This document shows, piece by piece, positions 8,281 through 16,586 of a stretch of 64,000 nucleotides of DNA. The notes beneath the pieces were generated by a model. The model was not told the DNA's origin, searched no databases, and saw nothing but the letters and a program-made list of their open reading frames with translations. The stretch spans positions 507,524 to 571,523 of the forward strand of contig CP064973.1 of assembly GCA_016699365.1 (NCBI GenBank). The letters run 5' to 3'. The DNA is from Candidatus Nomurabacteria bacterium. Lineage in GTDB: Bacteria; Patescibacteriota; Minisyncoccia; Phycocordibacterales; UBA9973. Within the stretch, counting starts at the first letter, position 1; every line of letters starts with the position of its first letter. The translations under genes were made by a program, and so were the position numbers.

Positions 8281-9309
8281 ATGAACAGTAAGGATATTGA
8301 AAACAAAGGAAATTTTTGGAAAGGTTTGAATAAACCCTTTTTTTGTCTTGCCCCAATGGCTGATGTTACTGATATTGCATTTAGGACAATAATTTCTAAA
8401 TACAGTAGGCATGGACAGGTTGGAGGTGGACCTGATGTATTTTGGACAGAGTTTGTTTCTGCTGATGGACTTATGAGCGAAGGTAGAGATGCTCTAAAAG
8501 TAGATTTAAAATATGGGACAGGTGAGCACCCTATAGTTGCGCAAATATTTGGATCGAATTTAGAAAATATGTATGGAGCTAGTAAACTTTGCGCGACTTT
8601 GGGTTTTGATGGTGTTGATATAAATATGGGATGCCCAGATAGATCTATAGAGAAACAAGGTGCAGGCGCAAGTCATATAAAAGATCCCGAACATGCAGTA
8701 GAGGTAATACGCGCAGTAAAGCGAGGGATAAAAGATAGCGGCAGAGATATTCCTGTTTCTGTAAAAACTCGAATTGGTTATAACAAGAATAGTATAAATG
8801 AATGGATACCAAAACTTTTAGGAGAAAACTTGGCTGCACTTACGATACATGCCAGAACCAGAAAAGAAATGTCGCTTGTGCCTGCGCGATGGGAACATGT
8901 GCGTGAAGTTGTTGAGATTAGAGATAGGATGGGAGTAGATACACTCATAATAGGCAATGGTGATTTGCAAAATCTAGACATGGCGAAAGAGAAGGTAAGT
9001 GTGTCGCATGCAGATGGTGCAATGCTTGGTAGAGCTATATTCGGAAACCCGTGGCTTTTTGATTCTAATAAAAAAGAAGTTTCTCTAAAAGAGAAACTTG
9101 AAGTTATGTGTGAACATACAGAACTTTTTGAGCGGGAGCTCGGTGGATTGAAAAATTTTGCGATTATGAAGAAGCATTATAAGGCTTATGTTAATGGCTT
9201 TGATGGAGCCAAGGAACTCCGAGTTAGACTTATGGAAGATGCGACCACGGCAAAAGAGGTAAGGGAAATTGTGGAAAACTTCCTTGCAGGTTATAGAAAT
9301 CTGCTATAA
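8281..9309 (+). CDS. dus: tRNA-dihydrouridine synthase
   Basis: TIM-barrel Dus signature (CLAPMADVTDIAFR...GFDGVDINMGCP...KTR). Confidence 0.85.
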   Translation: MNSKDIENKGNFWKGLNKPFFCLAPMADVTDIAFRTIISKYSRHGQVGGGPDVFWTEFVSADGLMSEGRDALKVDLKYGTGEHPIVAQIFGSNLENMYGASKLCATLGFDGVDINMGCPDRSIEKQGAGASHIKDPEHAVEVIRAVKRGIKDSGRDIPVSVKTRIGYNKNSINEWIPKLLGENLAALTIHARTRKEMSLVPARWEHVREVVEIRDRMGVDTLIIGNGDLQNLDMAKEKVSVSHADGAMLGRAIFGNPWLFDSNKKEVSLKEKLEVMCEHTELFERELGGLKNFAIMKKHYKAYVNGFDGAKELRVRLMEDATTAKEVREIVENFLAGYRNLL

Positions 9310-9433
9310 TCATATCAATGTGCTATAAGACTAATCAAAAATGTTTTTGTCGACCGTTTTTGGTTTTTCGCAAAAATGCCTTTCTGTAAAAACAGAAAGG
9401 CATTTTTGTTTTATAAATTTATTAGAAAATAAT

Positions 9434-10270
9434 ATGGTAAAAAATCACAATGGTATCGAAGATACTAAAAGTTTTAGTGCGGTCGTAAATAGTTTACGAT
9501 CATTTTTTATAAGTAGGGGATTTTTAGAAGTTCACACCCAAGACAGACTTTCAATTCTTGCAGCTTGTGAAGATCCTTCTACTGTCGCTACGTACAATTA
9601 CTTGGGCGATGTGTGGCCACTGCCACAGACAGGTCAGATGTGGCTCGAATATGAATTGTTGAAGAACCCCGATGTAGCGGGGTATTTTTGTGTCTCAACA
9701 AGCTATCGCAATGAGCAGAATCCAGTAGAAGGTAGGCATAAATTTATTTTCCCTATGTTTGAATTTGAATCAAAAGGCAACATAGAAGATTTGTTGAATA
9801 TGGAAAAAGAATTATTGGAACATCTAGGATTTACAAAGGATAAATTTGCAGAGAAAACATATGACGAGCTCACGGAAAAATATGGGACAGATGATTTATC
9901 TTGGAAAGAAGAAGGCAAGATGTATGAGGATTTTGGATCAACTGTTTTTTTGAAAAAATTTCCAATACGTACCTCACCATTTTGGAACATGAAAAAAGAA
10001 GGTGAGTATGCAAGAAAAATTGACGTTATAATATCGGGCCACGAAACTATCGGCTCAGCTGAGCGTAGTTCGGATATAGATGAGATGCGTAAACAATTTC
10101 ATACAATAAGCGACGGTGGATACACAGGTAAGTTGTATGAACTTTTTGGGCACGATCGAGTAGAGAAGGAGCTTGAAGAATTCTTGTCTTTCGATTTCTT
10201 TCCTAGGTTTGGAGGGGGGATTGGAATAAGTAGACTTATTGACGGAATGAAAAAAGAAGGTCTGCTTTAG
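9434..10270 (+). CDS. asnA: AsnRS-like class II catalytic-domain protein without anticodon-binding domain; likely archaeal-type asparagine synthetase A
   Basis: Class II motif 1 (RGFLEVHT), motif 2 (YRNEQNPVEGRHKFIFPMFEFE) and motif 3 (GGGIGISRL). ATG at 9434 sits just after a terminator hairpin at 9369-9407. Confidence 0.6.
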   Translation: MVKNHNGIEDTKSFSAVVNSLRSFFISRGFLEVHTQDRLSILAACEDPSTVATYNYLGDVWPLPQTGQMWLEYELLKNPDVAGYFCVSTSYRNEQNPVEGRHKFIFPMFEFESKGNIEDLLNMEKELLEHLGFTKDKFAEKTYDELTEKYGTDDLSWKEEGKMYEDFGSTVFLKKFPIRTSPFWNMKKEGEYARKIDVIISGHETIGSAERSSDIDEMRKQFHTISDGGYTGKLYELFGHDRVEKELEEFLSFDFFPRFGGGIGISRLIDGMKKEGLL

Positions 10271-10337
10271 ACGGCGTTGATCTTTCCTGAACCCAAGGGT
10301 ATAACCTCCCTTGGGTTTTTGGTTTATTCTGCCAGGT

Positions 10338-10346
10338 GCTATAATC
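10338..10346 (+). promoter_or_regulatory. extended -10 promoter element TGCTATAAT upstream of dnaX
   Basis: ggtgctataat lies 7 nt upstream of the dnaX ATG at 10353 and follows the hairpin at 10291-10325. Confidence 0.5.
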
Positions 10347-10352
10347 TCGAGG

Positions 10353-11390
10353 ATGGCAACAGAGCATACATCACTATATAGAAAATACAGACCACAAAAT
10401 TTCAATGATGTTGTGGGACAGGATCATATTGTTAAGGTACTAGAATCTAGTATCAAAGATGGCAAGATTGCTCACGCATATCTTTTTGCTGGTTCCAGGG
10501 GCACAGGGAAGACTTCAATTGCTAGAATCATGGCTAGTGCTCTTGGTGTGACTAATAAAGATTTTTATGAAATAGATGCAGCTTCTAATAATAAAGTAGA
10601 AGATATACGTGATTTACGCGAGGGTGTTAGCACACTACCTTTTGACTCAAAATACAAAATATATATTTTAGATGAGGTGCACATGTTATCTAAAGGTGCT
10701 TTCAATGCACTACTGAAGACTCTCGAGGAGCCACCTGCTCATGTGATATTTATATTGGCTACTACTGAGCTAGACAAAGTTCCTGAGACTATAATTTCAA
10801 GATGCCAAACTTTTAGTTTTAAGAAACCAAATGAATTGCTTTTAGCTGGTGTGGTCAGAGATGTAGTCAAAAAAGAAGGTTTTACAATACCAGAAGATAG
10901 TATTGATCTGATAGCTGTTTTAGGTGAGGGATCTTTTCGTGACACATTAGGAGTTTTACAAAAAGTCCTATCTTCTTCAAAGAATAAAAAAATCAGTTCT
11001 GAAGAGATTGAGTCCATAACAGGAGCACCAAGCTCTACTTTGGTAAATGACTTCTTGTTTGCCTTGTCTGAAAAAAATATAGCTCTCGGAGTTTCTGTTT
11101 TAAATACTTTAAATGAACGCAATATAGACCCTAGGTTGTATTTAAATCTTGTATTGATAAAATTACGCTATGCGCTGTTACTGCGTTATGCCCCAGAGAT
11201 GAGGTCCAATATTTCCGAGCGTATTAGTGCTGTAGATTTGGAATTTCTAGAAGATTTAGTTTCTAGAAAGCCTGACACTATAACTTCTAGAACATTGGAA
11301 GTATTGTTAGATACTTATCAAAATTTACGTAATCCAGTAATACCGAGTTTGCCTATAGAAATTGCATTGATTGATATATGTAATAGATAG
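10353..11390 (+). CDS. dnaX: DNA polymerase III subunit gamma/tau (short form)
   Basis: MATEHTSLYRKYRPQNFNDVVGQDHI...Walker A GSRGTGKTS...DEVHML...SRCQ. Start placed at ATG 10353 rather than the 10311 track start, which lies inside the terminator hairpin. Confidence 0.9.
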   Translation: MATEHTSLYRKYRPQNFNDVVGQDHIVKVLESSIKDGKIAHAYLFAGSRGTGKTSIARIMASALGVTNKDFYEIDAASNNKVEDIRDLREGVSTLPFDSKYKIYILDEVHMLSKGAFNALLKTLEEPPAHVIFILATTELDKVPETIISRCQTFSFKKPNELLLAGVVRDVVKKEGFTIPEDSIDLIAVLGEGSFRDTLGVLQKVLSSSKNKKISSEEIESITGAPSSTLVNDFLFALSEKNIALGVSVLNTLNERNIDPRLYLNLVLIKLRYALLLRYAPEMRSNISERISAVDLEFLEDLVSRKPDTITSRTLEVLLDTYQNLRNPVIPSLPIEIALIDICNR

Positions 11391-11393
11391 TGT

Positions 11394-12365
11394 ATGAATT
11401 TTAATAATCATAAAAAAAGCATATTGATAGGACTCACAGCTTTTATTATTGGTGGGTTATGTGTGTATCTTTATCACGGGCACAGTGATTATAATTTTGA
11501 TTTTTCCCAAGAAAGATTTACAGATAAATATGAATTCATATCTCCACTTTTGGAGTGTGATAGCTTTGAATCAAAAGAATTAAATTCTTTTGATGAAGGT
11601 ATATATGAATCAGCTAGCTTGTTGATGGAAAATGGTTCTATAGATGACCTGTCTTATTATTTTAGAGATTTGAACAACGGTGTGTGGGTTGGGTTAAACG
11701 AAGAGGAAAAATTTGCTCCAGCGTCGCTTATGAAGTTACCACTGATGATTTCTTACTTGAAACAATCTGAAGACGATCTTTCTGTGCTAAAGCAGTCATA
11801 TACATTCAATATTGAGGATGATAATTATAGTAAACAAAATATAGCACCAGAAGAGTTGATGTCCATAGGCACGCCTTACACAGTAGAAGAACTAATTTTT
11901 AGGATGATTGCATATTCTGATAATTCTGCGCTTAGGATTTTATTAAAAAACAGTGGTACTTTTGGTCTTAGAGTTTTTAACGATCTGAGTATAGAGTTAC
12001 CAGAAGATCAGTCAAATGAGGATTTTATGTCTGTTAGAACATACTCAAAATTCTTTAGAACTCTATACAATGGATCTTATTTAAATTATGTAAATTCGGA
12101 TGAAGCATTGAGGGTTTTATCTAAGACGCAATACAAAGATGGTATTGTAGCTGGTGTTCCAGAAGATATAGTGGTGGCTCACAAATTCGGAGAAAGAGAA
12201 AACAATGGGGTTATACAATTGCACGACTGCGGTATAGTTTATCACCCAGATAAACCATATGTTCTATGTATTATGACTAGAGGTAGTGATATAAATAAAA
12301 TGTCTAGCGCAATATCATATTTGTCTAAATATACATACGAAGAAGTTGATGATAATTTCAAATAA
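11394..12365 (+). CDS. serine hydrolase of the class A beta-lactamase / PBP-like family, membrane-anchored
   Basis: N-terminal TM helix; S-x-x-K (SLMK), SDN (YSDNSA) and KTG-like (HKFG) motifs. Confidence 0.6.
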   Translation: MNFNNHKKSILIGLTAFIIGGLCVYLYHGHSDYNFDFSQERFTDKYEFISPLLECDSFESKELNSFDEGIYESASLLMENGSIDDLSYYFRDLNNGVWVGLNEEEKFAPASLMKLPLMISYLKQSEDDLSVLKQSYTFNIEDDNYSKQNIAPEELMSIGTPYTVEELIFRMIAYSDNSALRILLKNSGTFGLRVFNDLSIELPEDQSNEDFMSVRTYSKFFRTLYNGSYLNYVNSDEALRVLSKTQYKDGIVAGVPEDIVVAHKFGERENNGVIQLHDCGIVYHPDKPYVLCIMTRGSDINKMSSAISYLSKYTYEEVDDNFK

Positions 12366-12377
12366 TTTACTAAAATA

Positions 12378-12406
12378 AAAATCAGAGATTACTTATCTCT
12401 GATTTT
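12378..12406. terminator. bidirectional hairpin terminator (AAAATCAGAGAT-tactt-ATCTCTGATTTT)
   Basis: Perfect 12-bp stem flanked by A and T runs between convergent genes. It overlaps the last codons of the GIY-YIG gene. Confidence 0.6.
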
Positions 12407-12655
12407 TATTTTAGTATTTTTGATTAATTCCATTTTTGATTCTCGAGACAATCTTTTTATCTGTGCTTCGCGTACTCTGGCTTTTGCGTATGTTTTGTAT
12501 TTCTCAGAGTATTTCAACGTAACTGGTCTTCGGATCTTTGTATAATGCGCACCGTTTTTTAGATTGTTGTGCGCATATACACGTTTTTCTAGATCGTTTG
12601 TAGATCCGGTGTACAGAGTTTTGTCAGAACACTCGAGAATATATACGAAATACAT
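12389..12655 (-). CDS. GIY-YIG nuclease family protein (UPF0213/YhbQ-like, 88 aa)
   Basis: MYFVYILECSDKTLYTGSTNDLEKRVYAHN. A stand-alone small GIY-YIG domain. Confidence 0.8.
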   Translation of the reverse strand: MYFVYILECSDKTLYTGSTNDLEKRVYAHNNLKNGAHYTKIRRPVTLKYSEKYKTYAKARVREAQIKRLSRESKMELIKNTKIKIRDK

Positions 12656-12667
12656 TTCTTTTATAAT

Positions 12668-14146
12668 TTATTTTTCTAAGTCTAGTGTTTCATCAATTCT
12701 GATTTGTGATACGAATTCTGGTACGTGCGAAACTAGTATCATAGCTCCAGTATATGCGCTAAGTGCCTTTGCGATTACTGGTAGATGACGGAAGTTTATG
12801 TGATTTGTTGGCTCATCTAGGATCAATAATCCTGGGCATAATAGTACAAGTCTTGCAAAAGCCACAAGCCCTTTTTGTCCCTCAGACAATGCACCGATTT
12901 TTGTATTGATTACATCGGACTTTATCAAAAAACTTGATGCAACAGCGCGTAGTTTTTCCTGATCTATTTTTACGCCACTCTCTAGCATTGCATCGGCAAG
13001 ACACTTGAATACCGTATCGTCAAAATTTAGAGTTGAAAAATCTTGTCTATAATACCCAACGCGAATATTGTCAGATATTTTTGCACCACGTGCTCGTCCA
13101 GTAGCCATACTTTCCAAGAGTGTGCTTTTTCCTATTCCATTTGGACCTTTTAGCAACAGATGCTGATTTTTCTTCAATTTTATATTTGCTGTTCGCTCAA
13201 TTATCTTATGAGTAGATGGATGCATAATTGTAAAAGATGAGATATTCATTATTTCTCCCAAGATTTCATTTTGTGCAGGTATCGTAAAATCTCGAATAGT
13301 TTTATCTTCTTTACGAACATCTACCATCTCCTCTTCGAGCTCTTCGGCCAGTTCTTTCATGCGTTTTGCTACCAGACGCAGTCTACCTCCTTTATGAGCG
13401 AATTCATTGGACTTATCTTTTTTAGCTTGGATTTGTTTTGCAAGTTGGGCGTTCTTCATGTTTTCTTTTTCAACTCGAGCGCTTATATCTTTCAAAACAT
13501 CTTTATAGTTTCCGACATATTGTTCTACTTTGCGAGTGTATACATCCAGATATAGAACCCCGGTCGAAAAAGCATTTAGAAAATCTGCATCGTGAGAAAT
13601 AACCATCACAGTTTTTTTATAGTTAACCAAGAAGTCCGTTAGATGTTTTATTCCTGCATGATCTAGGTTGTTTGTGGGCTCATCGAGTAGCAACAAATCT
13701 GGGTCTTGAATCAGGGCGCTGGCTAAAAGCAGACGAGCTTGTTGTCCGCCAGAAAAGGTTTTTATGATTTTGTCGTGAACTTTTGTATGACCTTTTAGGT
13801 TTACGATTTCGAGCACCTCATCAATTTTAGGGTCTATATCATATATTTTTTTATTGAAACAGTTTTGGAAAAAATCCCGTACACTTAGTTCCATATATTC
13901 ACGAGGAATCACTTGTCTTGCGATTGCTATAGATGTTCCGTTGACTATGTTTATAGTCCCATTTTCAGGATTGTGTAAACCAGTAATAAGACCAAATATG
14001 GTACTTTTGCCCGCACCGTTTTGTCCCATGATTGTTATCTTGCTTCCTTCACGCAAAGTAAAACTCACCTCATCCAGGATTGGCTTGTTTGGTCCGTATT
14101 CAAATGTTACTCCTTCAAAACGGAGAATTGCTTCGTTTTTCGCCAT
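12668..14146 (-). CDS. ABC-F family ATPase (tandem ABC domains, no TMD)
   Basis: Two Walker A motifs (GQNGAGKST, GPNGIGKST), two LSGGQ signatures and a linker; no transmembrane domain. Confidence 0.9.
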   Translation of the reverse strand: MAKNEAILRFEGVTFEYGPNKPILDEVSFTLREGSKITIMGQNGAGKSTIFGLITGLHNPENGTINIVNGTSIAIARQVIPREYMELSVRDFFQNCFNKKIYDIDPKIDEVLEIVNLKGHTKVHDKIIKTFSGGQQARLLLASALIQDPDLLLLDEPTNNLDHAGIKHLTDFLVNYKKTVMVISHDADFLNAFSTGVLYLDVYTRKVEQYVGNYKDVLKDISARVEKENMKNAQLAKQIQAKKDKSNEFAHKGGRLRLVAKRMKELAEELEEEMVDVRKEDKTIRDFTIPAQNEILGEIMNISSFTIMHPSTHKIIERTANIKLKKNQHLLLKGPNGIGKSTLLESMATGRARGAKISDNIRVGYYRQDFSTLNFDDTVFKCLADAMLESGVKIDQEKLRAVASSFLIKSDVINTKIGALSEGQKGLVAFARLVLLCPGLLILDEPTNHINFRHLPVIAKALSAYTGAMILVSHVPEFVSQIRIDETLDLEK

Positions 14147-14258
14147 ATATTTCTTGTTAGATTCTTGAGAGTAGACTATAGCAGAAATTGTCTAAATTTC
14201 TAAATTTTTCTTGACCTATTTTCTAGCAGTGCTATTGTTGTAACAAAATAAATAAAGT

Positions 14259-14852
14259 ATGAATATTGTTCTTTCGACACGCAATGTAAGTAAAGCTGAG
14301 CAAATAAAGACTATTTTTTCTGGATCACTGATAAACATAGATACTTTAGATGAAGCGGGAATAAAAGGTGAGGCAGTAGAGGATGGAGACACTCTCAAAG
14401 AAAATGCATTTAAAAAAGCTATCTTTGCTCTCGCCTTTGCTGAAAAAGGATCTTGGGTAATGGCCGAAGATACAGGCATATTTATCGACGCTCTCGACGG
14501 TGCTCCTGGGATAATATCTGCAAGATGGGCCGGGGAGGGTAAGAGTACTCTTGAGATAATGGAATACTGTCTTTCAAAAATGAAAGGTATAAAAAATAGA
14601 AAAGCTTATTTTGAAACTGTGGTTGCTCTGGTTTCTCCGCAAGGCAAAGAATATTTTTTTACCGGTAAGGTCTATGGAATTTTACTTGATGCTCCACGTA
14701 CAGCTCCACAACCCAGCATGCCGTACAGTCCACTTTTTATTCCAAATGGACAAGACAAGACTTGGGCAGAAATGAGCCTTGAAGAAGAAAATAAAATTTC
14801 TCATAGAGGAAAAGCATTTCGCCAAGCACTTCTATTTTTGCAAAAGTTTTAA
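14259..14852 (+). CDS. rdgB: non-canonical purine NTP pyrophosphatase (RdgB/Ham1)
   Basis: MNIVLSTRNVSKAEQI...EDTGIFIDALDGAPGIISARW...SHRGKAFR. Confidence 0.9.
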   Translation: MNIVLSTRNVSKAEQIKTIFSGSLINIDTLDEAGIKGEAVEDGDTLKENAFKKAIFALAFAEKGSWVMAEDTGIFIDALDGAPGIISARWAGEGKSTLEIMEYCLSKMKGIKNRKAYFETVVALVSPQGKEYFFTGKVYGILLDAPRTAPQPSMPYSPLFIPNGQDKTWAEMSLEEENKISHRGKAFRQALLFLQKF

Positions 14853-14854
14853 AA

Positions 14855-14886
14855 ACAAAAACCTCCCAAGTGGGAGGTTTTTTAAA
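14855..14886 (+). terminator. rho-independent terminator (CCTCCCA-agt-GGGAGG plus T-run)
   Basis: aaaacctcccaagtgggaggtttttt directly after the rdgB stop. Confidence 0.7.
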
Positions 14887-14958
14887 TACTTGTTATTAAT
14901 TTTCTTGGCTGTGGGACTTGGACTCGGTCACGAGTTACTAAGTCTGCTCGTGTGAGTA

Positions 14959-15030
14959 CACACTGCGCGGACTAAGTACTCTCGACCCCGACTCGGCGAC
15001 AAGCATTCTTCGTTTCACTTAGAATCTTGT
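14959..15030 (+). repeat. GC-rich multi-hairpin element, copy 2 (core CTCGACCCCGACTCGGCGAC, rearranged flanks)
   Basis: Shares core and CACTGCGCGG tail motifs with 2349-2427 and rc(39521-39593). Confidence 0.45.
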
Positions 15031-15045
15031 ATACCGCCTGCGTCT

Positions 15046-15133
15046 TTCTCGTCCAGGTCTGGCGAGCAATCGAGCATAATTTTTTATAAAATAATTTATA
15101 AAAAATTTCGCTTGCTGCCAGACCTGGACTCGA
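15046..15133. repeat. inverted duplicate of the tRNA-Gln 3' end (GTCCAGGTCTGGC, 13 bp perfect, ~24 bp imperfect) forming a long hairpin with a 34-nt AT loop
   Basis: 15051-15063 is the reverse complement of 15117-15129, which is the T-arm and acceptor 3' half of the minus-strand tRNA. Confidence 0.7.
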
Positions 15134-15185
15134 ACCAAGATAACCTCCTCCAGAGGGAGGTGTCCTACCATTAGACGATCTGGCA
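15115..15185 (-). tRNA. tRNA-Gln (anticodon CUG)
   Basis: Manual fold on the minus strand: acceptor TGCCAGA/TCTGGCA (bacterial Gln U1-A72), D arm GTCT/GGAC, anticodon stem CCTCC/GGAGG with loop CTCTGGA (anticodon CTG), T arm CTTGG-TTCGAGT-CCAGG. CCA is not encoded. Confidence 0.85.
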
Positions 15186-15270
15186 ATATTCTTAACACGT
15201 TCACAATACTATATTAGAGTCTTATTTTCAACGATTTTGAAAATATTCAAAGAACATCTATACTTGATAT

Positions 15271-15897
15271 GTGGAAAATCAAAGTACTCAAACAAATGTT
15301 CGCCTAGTTTTGGCACAGATAGGTGTTATTTTTGTTTTACCAGTATTTTTACTTTATTTTGGATTGGTTCCAGAATCTTGGCGCATAGTTGTATTGTTTA
15401 TATCTTCACTTTTTATTTACGGAATTATTCAACATGAGCGGTGGCAGCAAAAAGATTTTGGATACAGACTCGACAACTTTCGTCACGCACTCTTGCCTTA
15501 TGCTGCATTTACTCTAACAGGAGCAACTTTGATAATCTGGTTTGCAAATCAAAATGGCATGACTCCTGTGGAGGGGTGGTGGACCAATCCACATTTCTTG
15601 TATTTATTCTTGGTCGTTTCTTTTTTGCAAGAGTTTGCTTTCAGAGGATTTCTAATTCCATTACTTAGAAAAGTTTTTTCTGACAGATTGGGAATCGTAT
15701 TAATAAATGCACTATTGTTTACATTGATTCATATTCTGTATCCGATTCCAACCATTATGTTGCCGCTAGCTTTTATTGGAGGTTTAGGCTTTGCGACTGT
15801 GTATATGATTTACCCAAATCTTATTTTGATTAGTCTTGCTCATTCAGTGTTGAACTTTATCGCTGTACTTTTTGGTTTTTTCGTAATAATCTCATAA
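15271..15897 (+). CDS. CPBP (CAAX protease/Abi) family intramembrane metalloprotease
   Basis: Multi-TM protein with EFAFRGFLIP (motif 1) and ALLFTLIH / H-containing motifs. The start is GTG at 15271, so the exact start is uncertain. Confidence 0.7.
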   Translation: MENQSTQTNVRLVLAQIGVIFVLPVFLLYFGLVPESWRIVVLFISSLFIYGIIQHERWQQKDFGYRLDNFRHALLPYAAFTLTGATLIIWFANQNGMTPVEGWWTNPHFLYLFLVVSFLQEFAFRGFLIPLLRKVFSDRLGIVLINALLFTLIHILYPIPTIMLPLAFIGGLGFATVYMIYPNLILISLAHSVLNFIAVLFGFFVIIS

Positions 15898-15898
15898 G

Positions 15899-16542
15899 AT
15901 GCTCGATCAACTAACACTCTATGTACAAAACTCAATCTTGCCTCTTGGAGCGCTTGGAGTTTTTACAGGTTCTATTATCGAAGAGGTAATTGCTATCATA
16001 CCTTCATATATAGTGCAGATGGGAGGAGGTTTTTTGCTTATGGGACTTGATCCTATAAGTCTCGCGTCTATACTTAAACTTTTTATTTTAGTAATAATCC
16101 CTGCGTCACTTGGAGTTACAGTTGGCTCTATATTTGTATACTATCTTGTTTTAAAAGGAGGGGAGCCAATGGTCCGAAAATTTGGTTGGATACTTGGCGT
16201 GAGCTGGGAGTCTATAGAGTTGTTCGTTGCTAAACAGCGCTCTCGGGGAAATGACACTCTGATTGTTTTTATATTCAGAACTCTACCTTTTATACCGAGT
16301 GTTGTAGTTTGTGCTTATGCAGGGATTATTGGCATGACTATGACTAGATACATGGTATTAACTTTTTTGGAACTCTTATACGCGCAGGGGTTTTAGGATT
16401 TATGGGTTGGCAGAGTGGAGTGGCTTATGAAAAATATGGCAAAGATATCCAGAATTTTGAACACATAGGTTTGTATGTGATTGGTTTTATGGTTTTACTT
16501 TTTATCTTCTTGCAGCTTAGAAAAAATAAACTAAATAAATAG
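15899..16542 (+). pseudogene. DedA/VTT-family membrane protein, reading frame broken at a T6 homopolymer (16363-16368). As sequenced, the ORF is 15899-16396; a +1 T restores a ~214-aa protein ending at 16542
   Basis: Frame A gives ...RTLPFIPSVVVCAYAGIIGMTMTRYMVLTFLELLYAQGF*. The -1 frame continues FFGTLIRAGVLGFMGWQSGVAYEKYGKD...FMVLLFIFLQLRKNKLNK*, which matches the DedA C-terminal pattern. Confidence 0.55.
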
Positions 16543-16571
16543 TTTTCCTCATACAGTGGAGTGCAAAATTA

Positions 16572-16580
16572 TGCTATAAT
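16572..16580 (+). promoter_or_regulatory. extended -10 element TGCTATAAT upstream of the surface-protein island
   Basis: attatgctataatttttct ATG. The same TGnTATAAT style precedes dnaX, the 23216 gene, mreB and others. Confidence 0.45.
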
Positions 16581-16586
16581 TTTTCT

